Below are positions 1 to 9,578 of a stretch of DNA of 64,000 nucleotides, piece by piece (positions within the stretch are counted from its first letter, which is position 1; every line of letters starts with the position of its first letter). The notes under the pieces were generated by a model. That model worked only from the letters and a program-made list of their open reading frames with translations, did not search any database and was not told where the DNA came from. Both the position numbers and the translations under genes were made by a program. The stretch lies in the IMG/VR virus record IMGVR_UViG_3300030330_004956, positions 64,001 through 128,000 of that record; one strand, given 5' to 3'. This DNA is from a virus. Lineage: Duplodnaviria; Caudoviricetes.

Positions 1-783
1 ATCATGAACGTTGCTACAATGTCTGTACAAGATGCTAACATTGAAATTGCAAACAATGCTAACAAGGCAGATGGAATGGGTTTAACAATTGGTTCTGGTT
101 CTGCTGCACAAACGGTTCGTTTCCAATTATCTGACAGTGCTGCTAACTTGTCTTCTTCTGCTCCTTTGAAAGCTCCGGGTTTCTTGGGTAACGCAACTAC
201 TGCTACTAGTTTAGCAACTGGTAGAGAAATCGGTGGTGTTTCGTTTAATGGTACAGCCGATATCGATCCAAAAGACTTGGATCTTACGGCTCTGACTGCC
301 AACTCATCACATCATGTTCTTATGGCTGCTGGTGCCACTGGTGTCCAGACTATCGGTACTGATAACTTGTTGACTTACAACCCAACCACAAACGTTCTTT
401 CTGCTGGTAAGTTCGATGGTGACGGTTCGTTGTTAACTGGTGTTGCTGCTTCTGGTATCAGCATCAACTCACCGCTCAACGTTGGCGCGACTGTCCAGAA
501 TCTCTCTGGCGCTTCGGGTGTTCACTTGTTCTCCGCTGCTTCTTTGACGGCTGGAACTAACGTAACACTTCACTTGTCTGGTACCACTGCTGGTGCCACC
601 GGATGGGCGAATGGTGCGGAAGTTCGCGTTAAAGCTCCCGGTGAGCTTAGTGGAAGTCACATCGTCATCCGCGCTTCTGGCTCTCAGACGATCGATGGTG
701 TTTCTAGCATTATCTTGGAATCTCCTAACGCTGCTGTTTCGTTAGTTTATTCACAGGTTGCTGGCGAGTGGATGATTTTCTAA
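1..783 (+). CDS. Virion fibre/appendage protein, C-terminal part (frame open from the window edge, likely 5'-truncated)
   Basis: G/S/T/A-rich; GNATTATSL..GREIGGVSFNGTADI fibre-type repeat; C-terminal SQTIDG..IILESPNAAVSLVY..WMIF module. Confidence 0.6.
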   Translation: MMNVATMSVQDANIEIANNANKADGMGLTIGSGSAAQTVRFQLSDSAANLSSSAPLKAPGFLGNATTATSLATGREIGGVSFNGTADIDPKDLDLTALTANSSHHVLMAAGATGVQTIGTDNLLTYNPTTNVLSAGKFDGDGSLLTGVAASGISINSPLNVGATVQNLSGASGVHLFSAASLTAGTNVTLHLSGTTAGATGWANGAEVRVKAPGELSGSHIVIRASGSQTIDGVSSIILESPNAAVSLVYSQVAGEWMIF

Positions 784-816
784 TCATTGCTTCAAGTATA
801 CAAGATTTTTTCTTGG

Positions 817-844
817 AGGGTTGGACGAAAGTCCAACCCTTTTT
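817..844 (+). terminator. Intrinsic terminator
   Basis: AGGGTTGGAC-GAAA-GTCCAACCCT followed by TTTT. Confidence 0.85.
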
Positions 845-851
845 CTATTTA
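845..851 (+). promoter_or_regulatory. Putative late promoter CTATTTA
   Basis: Recurrent CTANTTA upstream of structural genes; directly follows a terminator. Confidence 0.6.
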
Positions 852-871
852 ATCTATAATGGAGGAATAAC

Positions 872-2635
872 ATGTCTTATAAATTTTCAAAAGGGTTTAC
901 AGTCCAAGGAGATATCAAAGCAGAGGACGACACTGAACGCAATACTTTGATTGATTTTGGAGAAGATAAAATTGATTTACAAACCAGCGGCACAGTTAGA
1001 ATTACTATCGACAACGATGGCGTTTATATACCACAGCATATTTCAAATACAACTGTTTTAAAAGTTTCTGGCAATGTTGAGATTGGAAATGGCTCCGATT
1101 TGTGTTTTCAAAAAGGAGCAGATGATATCGCTTTTATTAAATTCAGAGAAGGTACCGATGGAACTTCTTACAACGGGTACCTTGGCTACAGTGCCGCAGA
1201 AGACATTTACATTTCCCCCGGTAGAGGTGCGGACTTTTTTGTCCAATCTAGAACGAACCCCGGTGGCGATCACGGCGGTGATCAAACTTTTCCTTTTATC
1301 ATTATGGATGATGGAACAGTTAAATTCACAAAAGGGCTGACAGATACAGCAGTTAGATCTGCTGATCTGTCATCAGATGTTGCCTTCTATGTCTCCGGAA
1401 CAACAGACGGACAAAACAATGCTGTATTTCAAGGAAATGTTGTGATGTCTGGCGCTGTAACAGCCGAAGACAATCTTATAGTAGATGGCAGGATAGGCAT
1501 TGGAGTTGATAGTCCCAGCTATAAGTTAGAGATTGGCGGTAATATGTCAGTTGGGCAATACATCTACCACAGAAATGATACTGACACATTCATCAATTTT
1601 ACTGATAATAGGATAAGACTTAAAGCTGGCGATGTGGGTATGATTGGGTGCCATAAGAAAAGTTCCGCTCCCCACCAAGTCACGATCAACAATGGGAACA
1701 ACAATGTTGATTTTCATATCAACAGCAACAACAATACCAATGATCCAATATTAATGTCTGATGCCGATACTGCTAGAATAGGAATTGGAACAGACGCTCC
1801 TGATGAAAAACTTACCATCAACACACCAAACGATAGCGATCAAGTTTTTATACAATTTCAAGAAGCAGGGGCTGACAGAGCAAAGATTGGAATTAATGAT
1901 TCAAATAATTTAGTGTTCCATCAGCAGTTCACAAACAAGCATATCGTTTTCAAAGTTAATGATCAAGGTGTTACACGAGAAGGATTAAGAATTGATGGTG
2001 CTGTTCCGGAAGTGGTTGTCAACGAAGGATCATCTTCCTTGGTAGATTTTAGAGTTGAGTCATCTGACAGTACTCATATGCTATTTGTAGACGGCGGAAA
2101 TAATAAAGTTGGAATCGGTACATCAGTCCCAGAGACAACACTGCATATACATTCAGATACAATTAACAATGGCGCCGTCACCATAAGCCAAGCAGATAAT
2201 TCAGGTGATGCGTCTCAACTTGATCTGTCAAAAGCAAGAGGTACTGGGCAATCACCGGCTGCTGTACAAAATAATGATTTCTTGGGGCAAGTTAGGTTTG
2301 TGGCGTATGACGGAAATAGCTATGATAATTTTTCTGATATATTTGTCCAAGCCGCAGGCACTATTAGTACCACTTCTCATCCAACAAAAATGGTTTTCAG
2401 AACAACTAGGCTAAATGCCACCTCTCCGGTTACTGCTATAACAATTGATGAGAATCAGAATTTGATAGCAGAAGGTAATTTAGAGGCGTTTGATACTATA
2501 ACAATCAGAAATCAAAATGCCCCCGCCAGCGCCACCTCCAATGGGTTTAGAGGTGAGATCAGATATGATAGCAATTATATCTATGTATGTGTTGCGGACA
2601 ATACATGGAAAAGAGTTCTGTTGAGCACTTGGTAG
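872..2635 (+). CDS. Tail fibre-like protein
   Basis: Repeated (R/K)(I/V)GIG(T/V)xxP motifs; C-terminal GEIRYDSNYIYVCVADNTWKR module typical of phage fibres; GGAGG RBS. Confidence 0.65.
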   Translation: MSYKFSKGFTVQGDIKAEDDTERNTLIDFGEDKIDLQTSGTVRITIDNDGVYIPQHISNTTVLKVSGNVEIGNGSDLCFQKGADDIAFIKFREGTDGTSYNGYLGYSAAEDIYISPGRGADFFVQSRTNPGGDHGGDQTFPFIIMDDGTVKFTKGLTDTAVRSADLSSDVAFYVSGTTDGQNNAVFQGNVVMSGAVTAEDNLIVDGRIGIGVDSPSYKLEIGGNMSVGQYIYHRNDTDTFINFTDNRIRLKAGDVGMIGCHKKSSAPHQVTINNGNNNVDFHINSNNNTNDPILMSDADTARIGIGTDAPDEKLTINTPNDSDQVFIQFQEAGADRAKIGINDSNNLVFHQQFTNKHIVFKVNDQGVTREGLRIDGAVPEVVVNEGSSSLVDFRVESSDSTHMLFVDGGNNKVGIGTSVPETTLHIHSDTINNGAVTISQADNSGDASQLDLSKARGTGQSPAAVQNNDFLGQVRFVAYDGNSYDNFSDIFVQAAGTISTTSHPTKMVFRTTRLNATSPVTAITIDENQNLIAEGNLEAFDTITIRNQNAPASATSNGFRGEIRYDSNYIYVCVADNTWKRVLLSTW

Positions 2636-2684
2636 TGATGTTGCCTTAAGAATCACAATAATTTTCCTTTTCTTGTCAAGAACA

Positions 2685-2691
2685 CTATTTA
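2685..2691 (+). promoter_or_regulatory. Putative late promoter CTATTTA
   Basis: Intergenic, 35 nt before the scaffold gene. Confidence 0.6.
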
Positions 2692-2725
2692 TTAACGATA
2701 AACGTTTATTTAGGAGTTTTACATA

Positions 2726-3811
2726 ATGTCATTACTGAAACAAGCTATTGTTGATGCTGCCAACTTGAAAGAAGCAGCACTCAAGAACGCAGAGCAATTA
2801 ATTCTTGAGAAGTATTCAAATGAAGTAAAAACTGCCATTGATTCTCTTTTGGAGCAAGAAGAAGCTCCCGCAGCCGGCGCAGAAGCCGCTGCTGGTGAAG
2901 AAACAGAAGCAGAGCCAACTACATTTGAAGAAGAAAACACAATTACACCGTCTTATATGGAAGGTGAAGCCATTACATCTAAAGATGGTAATTTAGAATT
3001 AGAGACTCCTGATGAGGGAGATACGATCGATATTAACATCAGCCCCGAAGAGTTGGCACAGTTCTTGCGTGATGCAGAGCAAAACGATGTTGGACAATAT
3101 GTTGATACAAATTTAGATGATCTTCGTGTCGATGACGACGATGAAGTTGAAGTTGATCTCACTGCTCTCGCAGATTTAGACGACGAAGATGATTATGGAA
3201 TTGAGGATACCGATCAAGATATCGAACTCCCCGATGACTTAGAAGGATTAGAAAGAATGGTTGCAGAAGCCTTAAGTGTGGACTATGAGCCACAACCGCA
3301 CGGTGACGTCGGTGGCGGAAAAGATATTGATTATGAAGCTGCAATCGATATGGCATTGGCTAAAGCAATGTCTGATGAGATGGAAGAAGAAAACGAAGAA
3401 CTTCAAGCTTCTTTGGAAGAATTAGAAGAAGAAGTTAAAAATCTCAAAGAAGAAAATCAAAAATTTAAGAGCGTGACTCTTCAGTTAAAAGATAAATTGG
3501 AAGAATCAATTATCACTAACGCGAAGTTGTTGTACTCTAACCGTGTACTAATCAGTGCCTCCCTGAATGAGCGACAAAAGAATAAAATTGTCGAAGCGTT
3601 GACAAATGCACAAACCGTAGAAGAAGCAAAGACTATCTATGAAACACTTCAAAGCACAGTGAACGGCAACAAGCGTAGCCCTCAAACACTGAGCGAAGCA
3701 GTTAATAGACAAGCTGGGCGTTCATCTACACTTCCGAGACGAACTCCCGAAAGGGAAACTCTCAATGAAGGTGCCTTAACAAGAATGCAAAGACTTGCAG
3801 GCATCAAATAA
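2726..3811 (+). CDS. Prohead scaffold/core protein (T4 gp22-like role)
   Basis: Very acidic, coiled-coil, many LxE sites, immediately upstream of the capsid gene; ends RMQRLAGIK. Confidence 0.75.
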   Translation: MSLLKQAIVDAANLKEAALKNAEQLILEKYSNEVKTAIDSLLEQEEAPAAGAEAAAGEETEAEPTTFEEENTITPSYMEGEAITSKDGNLELETPDEGDTIDINISPEELAQFLRDAEQNDVGQYVDTNLDDLRVDDDDEVEVDLTALADLDDEDDYGIEDTDQDIELPDDLEGLERMVAEALSVDYEPQPHGDVGGGKDIDYEAAIDMALAKAMSDEMEEENEELQASLEELEEEVKNLKEENQKFKSVTLQLKDKLEESIITNAKLLYSNRVLISASLNERQKNKIVEALTNAQTVEEAKTIYETLQSTVNGNKRSPQTLSEAVNRQAGRSSTLPRRTPERETLNEGALTRMQRLAGIK

Positions 3812-3838
3812 GACAATTAATTTTTGGAGGATATAAAA

Positions 3839-5611
3839 ATGTCTATCGTTGAAAAACTTACAGAAGGTATTGTCAGAAGAGATCTCGCTAAGGAAGGTGC
3901 TGCACTATTAAACAAGTGGGAACGCACTGGACTTCTCGAAGGGCTTGATTCTGATTATGCCAAAAACAACATGGCTTCTCTCTTAGAGAACCAAGCCAAG
4001 GAACTTCTCCGCGAAGCTTCCTTGATGAGTGCTGGAGACGTCGAAGGTTTCGCCGCTGTAGCATTCCCAATCGTGCGCCGTGTATTCGGTTCACTTATCG
4101 CTAACGATCTTGTTAGTGTTCAGCCCATGAGCTTGCCTTCTGGACTGATTTTCTTCCTTGACTTCCGTTTTGGATCTGAAGGCTCTAATATGCCACGCGC
4201 TGGTTTTAAAGCAGATGAATCGATCTACGGACAAGGGGTAATTGGTTCGGAGCTTACCGGTGGTGTTGACATGAACAACCTTACTGAAGACAAGCAGCCG
4301 TTTGGACTTCAAGCAGGTTACACGCATGCTTCTGGTAATATTGGCGCTAATACTGCTAACTTGACTAACGTAGCTAATGGTACTATTGGTAACGGTACTG
4401 CTGGTGCAACCGGTGGTGCGGATATCGACAAGCTGGTTCGTTACGATCCTGATCTTGCTAGCGGAACTATCGTTTCTGTTCTCAAGGTTCAGCTTTCGGA
4501 TCTTGATCAAGCAGATGTCACTGAAGAAGGATTGAGACACATTACGATTCAATCTGGTTCAGCACGTCCCGGTTTACTTAGCGCATCGCTGATCACCAAC
4601 TCGGCTGTGAATCAATCGCAAGTTCGTCGTCTTACTAGATTCTCTGGATCTACCAAGACTCACGCACTGCTTTTCTTCACAGGTTCGTCTGCAATTAGTG
4701 GTACCGCAGGTTCTGCTTCTGAAGTAACCAGCGCTAACGCTAAGATTCAATACCGCGCAATGGATGATTTTGTTAGCGGAAGCGGACTTGGTTCGGTTGT
4801 CGGACGTTCCTTCTGGGAGCTTGAAGCGCAAACCGATATCCCTGAGATCGAGATCCAAGTTGACTCGGTAAGCGTCACGGCGCAAACCAAGAAGCTGAAG
4901 GCTAAGTGGAGCCCTGAGTTGGGACAAGATCTTAACGCATACCACAACCTTGACGCTGAAGTTGAGTTGACTTCGATTCTTTCTGAGCAAATTGCTCTTG
5001 AAATCGATCGCGAGATCCTTGCTGATCTTATGGGTGGAGCAACTGCTGCTACCTACTACTGGAGTAGATCTCCCGGCTTGTTCGTGAACAAGGAAACTGG
5101 TGCTGAACTTGGTGCTGCTTCTGCTGCCCCTGACTTCACCGGTACTGTTAGCGAATGGTACGAGACTTTGATCGAAACGATCAATGACGTATCTGCTCAA
5201 ATCCACAGAAAGACTCTTCGTGGCGGCGCCAACTTTGTTGTCTGCGGCCCAGAAGTTGCCAACATCCTTGAGTTCACCTCTGGATTCCGTGCAAATGTCT
5301 CTCATGCGGATGAGAAGGGCACGATCGGTGCTGTTAACGTTGGATCTCTTTCTAAGAAGTTCGATGTTATGGTTGATCCATACTTCCCAAGAAACGTAAT
5401 CTTGGTTGGACGTAAGGGTAACTCTTTCCTCGAAAGTGGATATGTGTACGCTCCTTATGTACCTCTTCAGGTTACTCCTACGATCTTCGGCACCGAAGAC
5501 TTCGTACCACGTAAGGGCGTCATGACTCGCTATGCGAAGAAGATGGTTCGTCCTGACATGTACGGACTCGTTGTCTGTAGAGGACTTCTTGGCGAGGAAG
5601 GTTCTAGCTAA
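3839..5611 (+). CDS. Major capsid protein, T4 gp23-like
   Basis: PIVRRVF..LIANDLVSVQPMSLPSGLIF, KLKAKWSPELGQDLNAYH..DAEVEL, EIDREI, YAPYVPL, PRKGVMTRY; start at ATG 3839 after GGAGG. Confidence 0.95.
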   Translation: MSIVEKLTEGIVRRDLAKEGAALLNKWERTGLLEGLDSDYAKNNMASLLENQAKELLREASLMSAGDVEGFAAVAFPIVRRVFGSLIANDLVSVQPMSLPSGLIFFLDFRFGSEGSNMPRAGFKADESIYGQGVIGSELTGGVDMNNLTEDKQPFGLQAGYTHASGNIGANTANLTNVANGTIGNGTAGATGGADIDKLVRYDPDLASGTIVSVLKVQLSDLDQADVTEEGLRHITIQSGSARPGLLSASLITNSAVNQSQVRRLTRFSGSTKTHALLFFTGSSAISGTAGSASEVTSANAKIQYRAMDDFVSGSGLGSVVGRSFWELEAQTDIPEIEIQVDSVSVTAQTKKLKAKWSPELGQDLNAYHNLDAEVELTSILSEQIALEIDREILADLMGGATAATYYWSRSPGLFVNKETGAELGAASAAPDFTGTVSEWYETLIETINDVSAQIHRKTLRGGANFVVCGPEVANILEFTSGFRANVSHADEKGTIGAVNVGSLSKKFDVMVDPYFPRNVILVGRKGNSFLESGYVYAPYVPLQVTPTIFGTEDFVPRKGVMTRYAKKMVRPDMYGLVVCRGLLGEEGSS

Positions 5612-5640
5612 TCATTAGTTAGCAATCGCTAAAGATAATA

Positions 5641-5677
5641 GGCTCCAATCTCTTTGAGATTGGGGCTTTTCTTTTTT
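5641..5677 (+). terminator. Intrinsic terminator after the capsid gene
   Basis: GGCTCCAATCTC-TTT-GAGATTGGGGCT plus T tract. Confidence 0.85.
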
Positions 5678-5684
5678 CTAGAAA

Positions 5685-5691
5685 CTACTTA
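5685..5691 (+). promoter_or_regulatory. Putative late promoter CTACTTA
   Basis: CTANTTA variant directly after the terminator. Confidence 0.55.
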
Positions 5692-5693
5692 TT

Positions 5694-5798
5694 ATAACTT
5701 GAGTTTATTCTCCTTGGGTGAGGCCACTACCCTAGAAAGAGAGTGTTCCGAAGTGGCTGGAATACGATCATTGACTAAAATCAGGTTATTGCAATAAC
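5694..5798 (+). ncRNA. Candidate structured leader RNA: three-way junction with kissing loops
   Basis: P1 5694-5702/5781-5789; hairpins 5709-5742 and 5743-5765; their loops GGCCACT and AGTGGCT are complementary. Confidence 0.6.
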
Positions 5799-5822
5799 AT
5801 AATTTTAAGGAGGAAATTAATT

Positions 5823-6404
5823 ATGGGAAATCGAAGAATTGGACGTAAAAGACTTTACGGCGTAGAAAAGGCTGGACAAAGAATTAATCTTGATTCCGGC
5901 GCAGGAATGAAAGATAATATTAAAAGTGCTAGTCAGCACAGACAAGGACAGGAGCTTATCACTGAAATCGCTGTTGACTTGCAAGGGTTGACATGTGCGG
6001 CTTCCGATAAGGGTATTATTGGACACGCTTCAAAGCCATCTTATATTACTCAACTCACTGAAGCTAACTATGGTATCGTTACTGAAATCAGAGTTGTGGT
6101 TGCTGAAACAATTACTAACACTGCTGATGATATTGGTGCAGAGGGAGTAGATGTTGAGGTTGGTGACGGCGCAGCCGGTATTGCCAACAACACCGGCGGA
6201 TCCGCTAACGGTGGTGGAACCCGTGTCGCCCTTACCCACGATGTACGTGTCAAAGGGGCAGATGCCAGCGCAACCAAGGATGCAAATGAATTAGCTGACG
6301 GCTATCTTTATGTAGTAAATGCCGAGTCTGCAACCAGTGACACAATGACTGCTGGTAAGCTTCTCATCTACATTCACGGATTTGTAGCACCTGCTGACAT
6401 CTAA
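5823..6404 (+). CDS. Probable virion (head decoration-like) protein, paralog A
   Basis: Follows the capsid gene; N-term MGNRRIGRKRL and C-term AGKLLIYIHGF resemble the next ORF. Confidence 0.5.
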   Translation: MGNRRIGRKRLYGVEKAGQRINLDSGAGMKDNIKSASQHRQGQELITEIAVDLQGLTCAASDKGIIGHASKPSYITQLTEANYGIVTEIRVVVAETITNTADDIGAEGVDVEVGDGAAGIANNTGGSANGGGTRVALTHDVRVKGADASATKDANELADGYLYVVNAESATSDTMTAGKLLIYIHGFVAPADI

Positions 6405-6438
6405 TCAATTAATATTATCATATAAGGAGGAAAATAAA

Positions 6439-7401
6439 ATGGGAATTAGAAGATTAGGAAGAAAAAGATTAGCTGCTATTGAAAGCCATGGTATCAGAAA
6501 AGATATCAGCCCAAGCGCAGCAATGAAGAATGCAATCGTGTCTGCCGATCAACATCGCGAAGGGCATAAGGTTGTCACTGATATTGTTTTAGATCTCGGT
6601 GCCGCCAATGGTGGACTTAAAACTTTGGCTCTTGCAGATAAAGATCCAATTGGAACAACTGCCGCGGCAACTGCGCCATCATATGTTTGTCAGGTTACTG
6701 ATGCTGTATTTGGTACTGTTACATCTGTCGAAGTAATTTGCTTAGAGGCTATCACTGATGGCACTTTAACAGATTATGATGTTATGTTTGGTGATGACGA
6801 TGGATTTCTGGGAAGTGACGCTAGCAATGATACTGCAATCAAGACTGGCGTTGGAGCCAAAGGATATCACGAAATCGCTGAGTATGATGCTGAGAACCTT
6901 AAAAATAAGTATATCTACATCACGGCTGGAGCAGCAACAACACAAGTTGCAACTGCGACAATTTCAACTGCTGATGCCACTATCACAAACATGGTTAGTG
7001 GAAGCACCACAATTAGGCTGAAAGACTCATCCGGCGGCGCCGTCAACTTTGTTGCTGGCGCAGGTAATCATGATCAAGCTGGTGCAGATGGCATTATCAA
7101 GATTGGAGGCATGGTTTCTAAGGCAGATTTAGCCCAAGCTATTTCCAGAGGTATCAATGCTAATGCAGCTTTTAGTACCGATAGTGATAGCCAAGCCGGC
7201 TCATCTGAGACAGTAACTGTTTCACATGCTGCTGTTACGGCAACTAACAACCAGACTAACTTTCTCGTCAATGACGATCCAGAAGCATCTACCGGAATTT
7301 CCGTTGGTGCGTTCACTGGTGGGATTGATGATGGTGTAGCAATTTCTGGCGGTAAACTGCTTTTGAGATTCACAGGCTTTATGGAGCCAGACGATATCTA
7401 G
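6439..7401 (+). CDS. Probable virion protein, paralog B with inserted domain
   Basis: MGIRRLGRKRL...GGKLLLRFTGF; about 125 aa longer than paralog A. Confidence 0.5.
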   Translation: MGIRRLGRKRLAAIESHGIRKDISPSAAMKNAIVSADQHREGHKVVTDIVLDLGAANGGLKTLALADKDPIGTTAAATAPSYVCQVTDAVFGTVTSVEVICLEAITDGTLTDYDVMFGDDDGFLGSDASNDTAIKTGVGAKGYHEIAEYDAENLKNKYIYITAGAATTQVATATISTADATITNMVSGSTTIRLKDSSGGAVNFVAGAGNHDQAGADGIIKIGGMVSKADLAQAISRGINANAAFSTDSDSQAGSSETVTVSHAAVTATNNQTNFLVNDDPEASTGISVGAFTGGIDDGVAISGGKLLLRFTGFMEPDDI

Positions 7402-7426
7402 ATTAATATTTGGATATATCACAATC

Positions 7427-7460
7427 AAAGTCACTACGGAAGTAGTGGCTTTTTTTGTTT
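7427..7460 (+). terminator. Intrinsic terminator
   Basis: AAAGTCACTAC-GGAA-GTAGTGGCTTT plus T tract. Confidence 0.85.
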
Positions 7461-7467
7461 TTGTTGA

Positions 7468-7474
7468 CTATTTA
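7468..7474 (+). promoter_or_regulatory. Putative late promoter CTATTTA
   Basis: After the terminator, before ORF 7510. Confidence 0.6.
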
Positions 7475-7509
7475 CTAAGAACATTTATTAAATAAAGGAG
7501 ACTATTTTT

Positions 7510-7740
7510 ATGTCCGGAAGAAGAAGAATGTTGGCTCTCAAAAGAAAACTGCAAGCCGCTGAATCGGCACAAAGTGCTGCTGAATCTAGAGCAGCCGCCG
7601 CTGAAAAGGCACAAAAAGAGGCAGAAGCCCGCGCAGCAGCAGCCGAAAAGGCACAAGCCGAAGCTGAAGCTGCCAAAGCCAAGCCGGCTCCAAAAAAGAG
7701 AGCACCATCCAGAACTAAAAAGGCATCACGCAAAGATTAA
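7510..7740 (+). CDS. Small basic Ala/Lys/Arg-rich protein
   Basis: AGGAG RBS; RAAAAEKAQ occurs twice; basic termini. Confidence 0.65.
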   Translation: MSGRRRMLALKRKLQAAESAQSAAESRAAAAEKAQKEAEARAAAAEKAQAEAEAAKAKPAPKKRAPSRTKKASRKD

Positions 7741-7759
7741 ACTTTTCTCTTTTGTCTAA

Positions 7760-7766
7760 CTATTTA
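7760..7766 (+). promoter_or_regulatory. Putative late promoter CTATTTA
   Basis: Intergenic, before the neck gene. Confidence 0.6.
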
Positions 7767-7786
7767 TAGTATCGGAGGGATGATGC

Positions 7787-9076
7787 ATGTCGAAGCCTAC
7801 ACTTACACCCAAACAGCAGACGTCAGCTATAGTGCTACCAGCAACGGGCACTGCAACTGACGTCAGTTCTGTATTGCCACTTGGAATTTATGCAGCAGAG
7901 ACAGACTTTTTATCTGGCGCCGCAGATCAAGTTGCCTATACTTATAAAAAATTAGGTGGAGATGTACTAGACATTGAAATAAAAGCTGAAACCATTTACG
8001 CCAACTATGAAGAAGCGGTTTTAGAATATTCTTATATTGTTAACACACACCAAGCAAAGAATGTGCTTTCTGACTTGCTTGGAACTTCAACTGGTTCTTT
8101 TGATTCCGATGGGCAGCTTAAAGCCGGCACCCTGTCGTCTTCTTTATCAGGTACAGGTGTTCAACAAAGATTCCCTCGCTTCGAATTCGCATATGCCCGC
8201 CGTATTGCAGATGGTGTTGGCGTTGATGCTGGTGTTGGTGGTAACGTGACAGTCTATTCTGCATCTTTTACCACAACAGAAGGCGTACAAGATTACGATT
8301 TACAATCGATCATCGAAGCTGCATCTACAGCAGGAACAGATAACGGAACAGGAAATGCAGTAGATTGGGCTGGCTTGGTTGGTAACAAGAAGATTGAAGT
8401 AAGAAAGGTGTATTACAGAACGCCAAACTCAATGTGGCGTTTTTATGGATACTATGGCGGACTTAATACCGTTGGTAACTTGTCTAATTATGGGCAATGG
8501 AGTGATGATTCAACATTTGAGGTTATTCCAACTTGGCAAAACAAGATGCAAGCTACAATGTTTGAAGATGCCATCTATACCAGAAACTCACACTTTTCAT
8601 ATGAGCTAAGGAACAATCAGATAAGATTATTCCCGGCACCAAATAGCGTGACGGCACCGAAGTACTGGATTGAGTTTACAATCCCAACCGCGCCTTACTT
8701 AGATAATGATCCAGATATTGGCATCTTGGGCGTGAACAACATGAATACACTTCCATTTGAAAACATACCATACAAGAACATCAATGCTATAGGTAAGCAG
8801 TGGATTAGAAGATACTCACTTGCACTGTCAAAAGAAACTCTTGGACAAGTACGTTCTAAGTTTGGTAACTCAATTCCAATCCCCGGTGAATCTGTTAGCC
8901 TAAATGGTGACGCTTTGCTATCTCAGGGTAAGGAAGAACAACAGGCTCTAAGAGAAGAGTTGATCAAAGTGTTGGATGAACTTACTTACTCCAAGTTGGC
9001 AGAGGATGATAAGAACTTTGTTGAAAATGCTGGCGCATTACAAAAAGCAATTCCGTTGACAATTTTTGTGGGGTAA
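7787..9076 (+). CDS. Neck/head-tail adaptor, T4 gp13-like
   Basis: KKLGGDVLDIE; WIRRYSLALSKETLGQVRSKF..IPIPGESVSLNG; gene position. Confidence 0.8.
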   Translation: MSKPTLTPKQQTSAIVLPATGTATDVSSVLPLGIYAAETDFLSGAADQVAYTYKKLGGDVLDIEIKAETIYANYEEAVLEYSYIVNTHQAKNVLSDLLGTSTGSFDSDGQLKAGTLSSSLSGTGVQQRFPRFEFAYARRIADGVGVDAGVGGNVTVYSASFTTTEGVQDYDLQSIIEAASTAGTDNGTGNAVDWAGLVGNKKIEVRKVYYRTPNSMWRFYGYYGGLNTVGNLSNYGQWSDDSTFEVIPTWQNKMQATMFEDAIYTRNSHFSYELRNNQIRLFPAPNSVTAPKYWIEFTIPTAPYLDNDPDIGILGVNNMNTLPFENIPYKNINAIGKQWIRRYSLALSKETLGQVRSKFGNSIPIPGESVSLNGDALLSQGKEEQQALREELIKVLDELTYSKLAEDDKNFVENAGALQKAIPLTIFVG

Positions 9077-9080
9077 ATAA

Positions 9081-9578
9081 ATGTCGAAAAAAGATAACAA
9101 ATGGACTCAACCAAATACTCCCCCGCCACCACTCTTTACTGGCAAGAAAGAAAGAGATCTTGTTAAGCAAGTAAATGATGAACTTATAGAAAGAGTGATT
9201 GGGCAAACGGTGGCTTATTACCCAGTTGATTATGATACTACAAAGTTTCACCCTATTTATGGCGAAGCGCTTGAAAAGAATTTTCTGCCGCCAATTAGAG
9301 TTCAAGCTTTAATCGAGTGGCATGGTATTGAGTCGGCATACACAGATAAAATTGGAATCGACAAACAATCCACTATAACAATTCATTTTCACAAAAGGCG
9401 ATTAACAGAGGATCAAAACTTGTTTGTTAGAGAAGGTGATTTTGTTTTGTATGGAGATTTATTTTATCAAGTAGTTAGTTTAATGGAGCCAAAAAGACTT
9501 TTTGGACAAATAGAGCACAGAATGGAAGTTAGTGCCAAGTGCGTTAGAGCAAGAGATGGAGTATTCAATGCCGAGTAA
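9081..9578 (+). CDS. Head closure/neck protein, T4 gp14-like
   Basis: ELIERVIGQTVAYY, HPIYGEA, REGDFVLY; gene position. Confidence 0.7.
   Translation: MSKKDNKWTQPNTPPPPLFTGKKERDLVKQVNDELIERVIGQTVAYYPVDYDTTKFHPIYGEALEKNFLPPIRVQALIEWHGIESAYTDKIGIDKQSTITIHFHKRRLTEDQNLFVREGDFVLYGDLFYQVVSLMEPKRLFGQIEHRMEVSAKCVRARDGVFNAE

Noticed and set aside
4091-5305. 153-aa and 243-aa minus-strand ORFs
   Set aside because: Antisense to the major capsid gene; explained by its codon bias.
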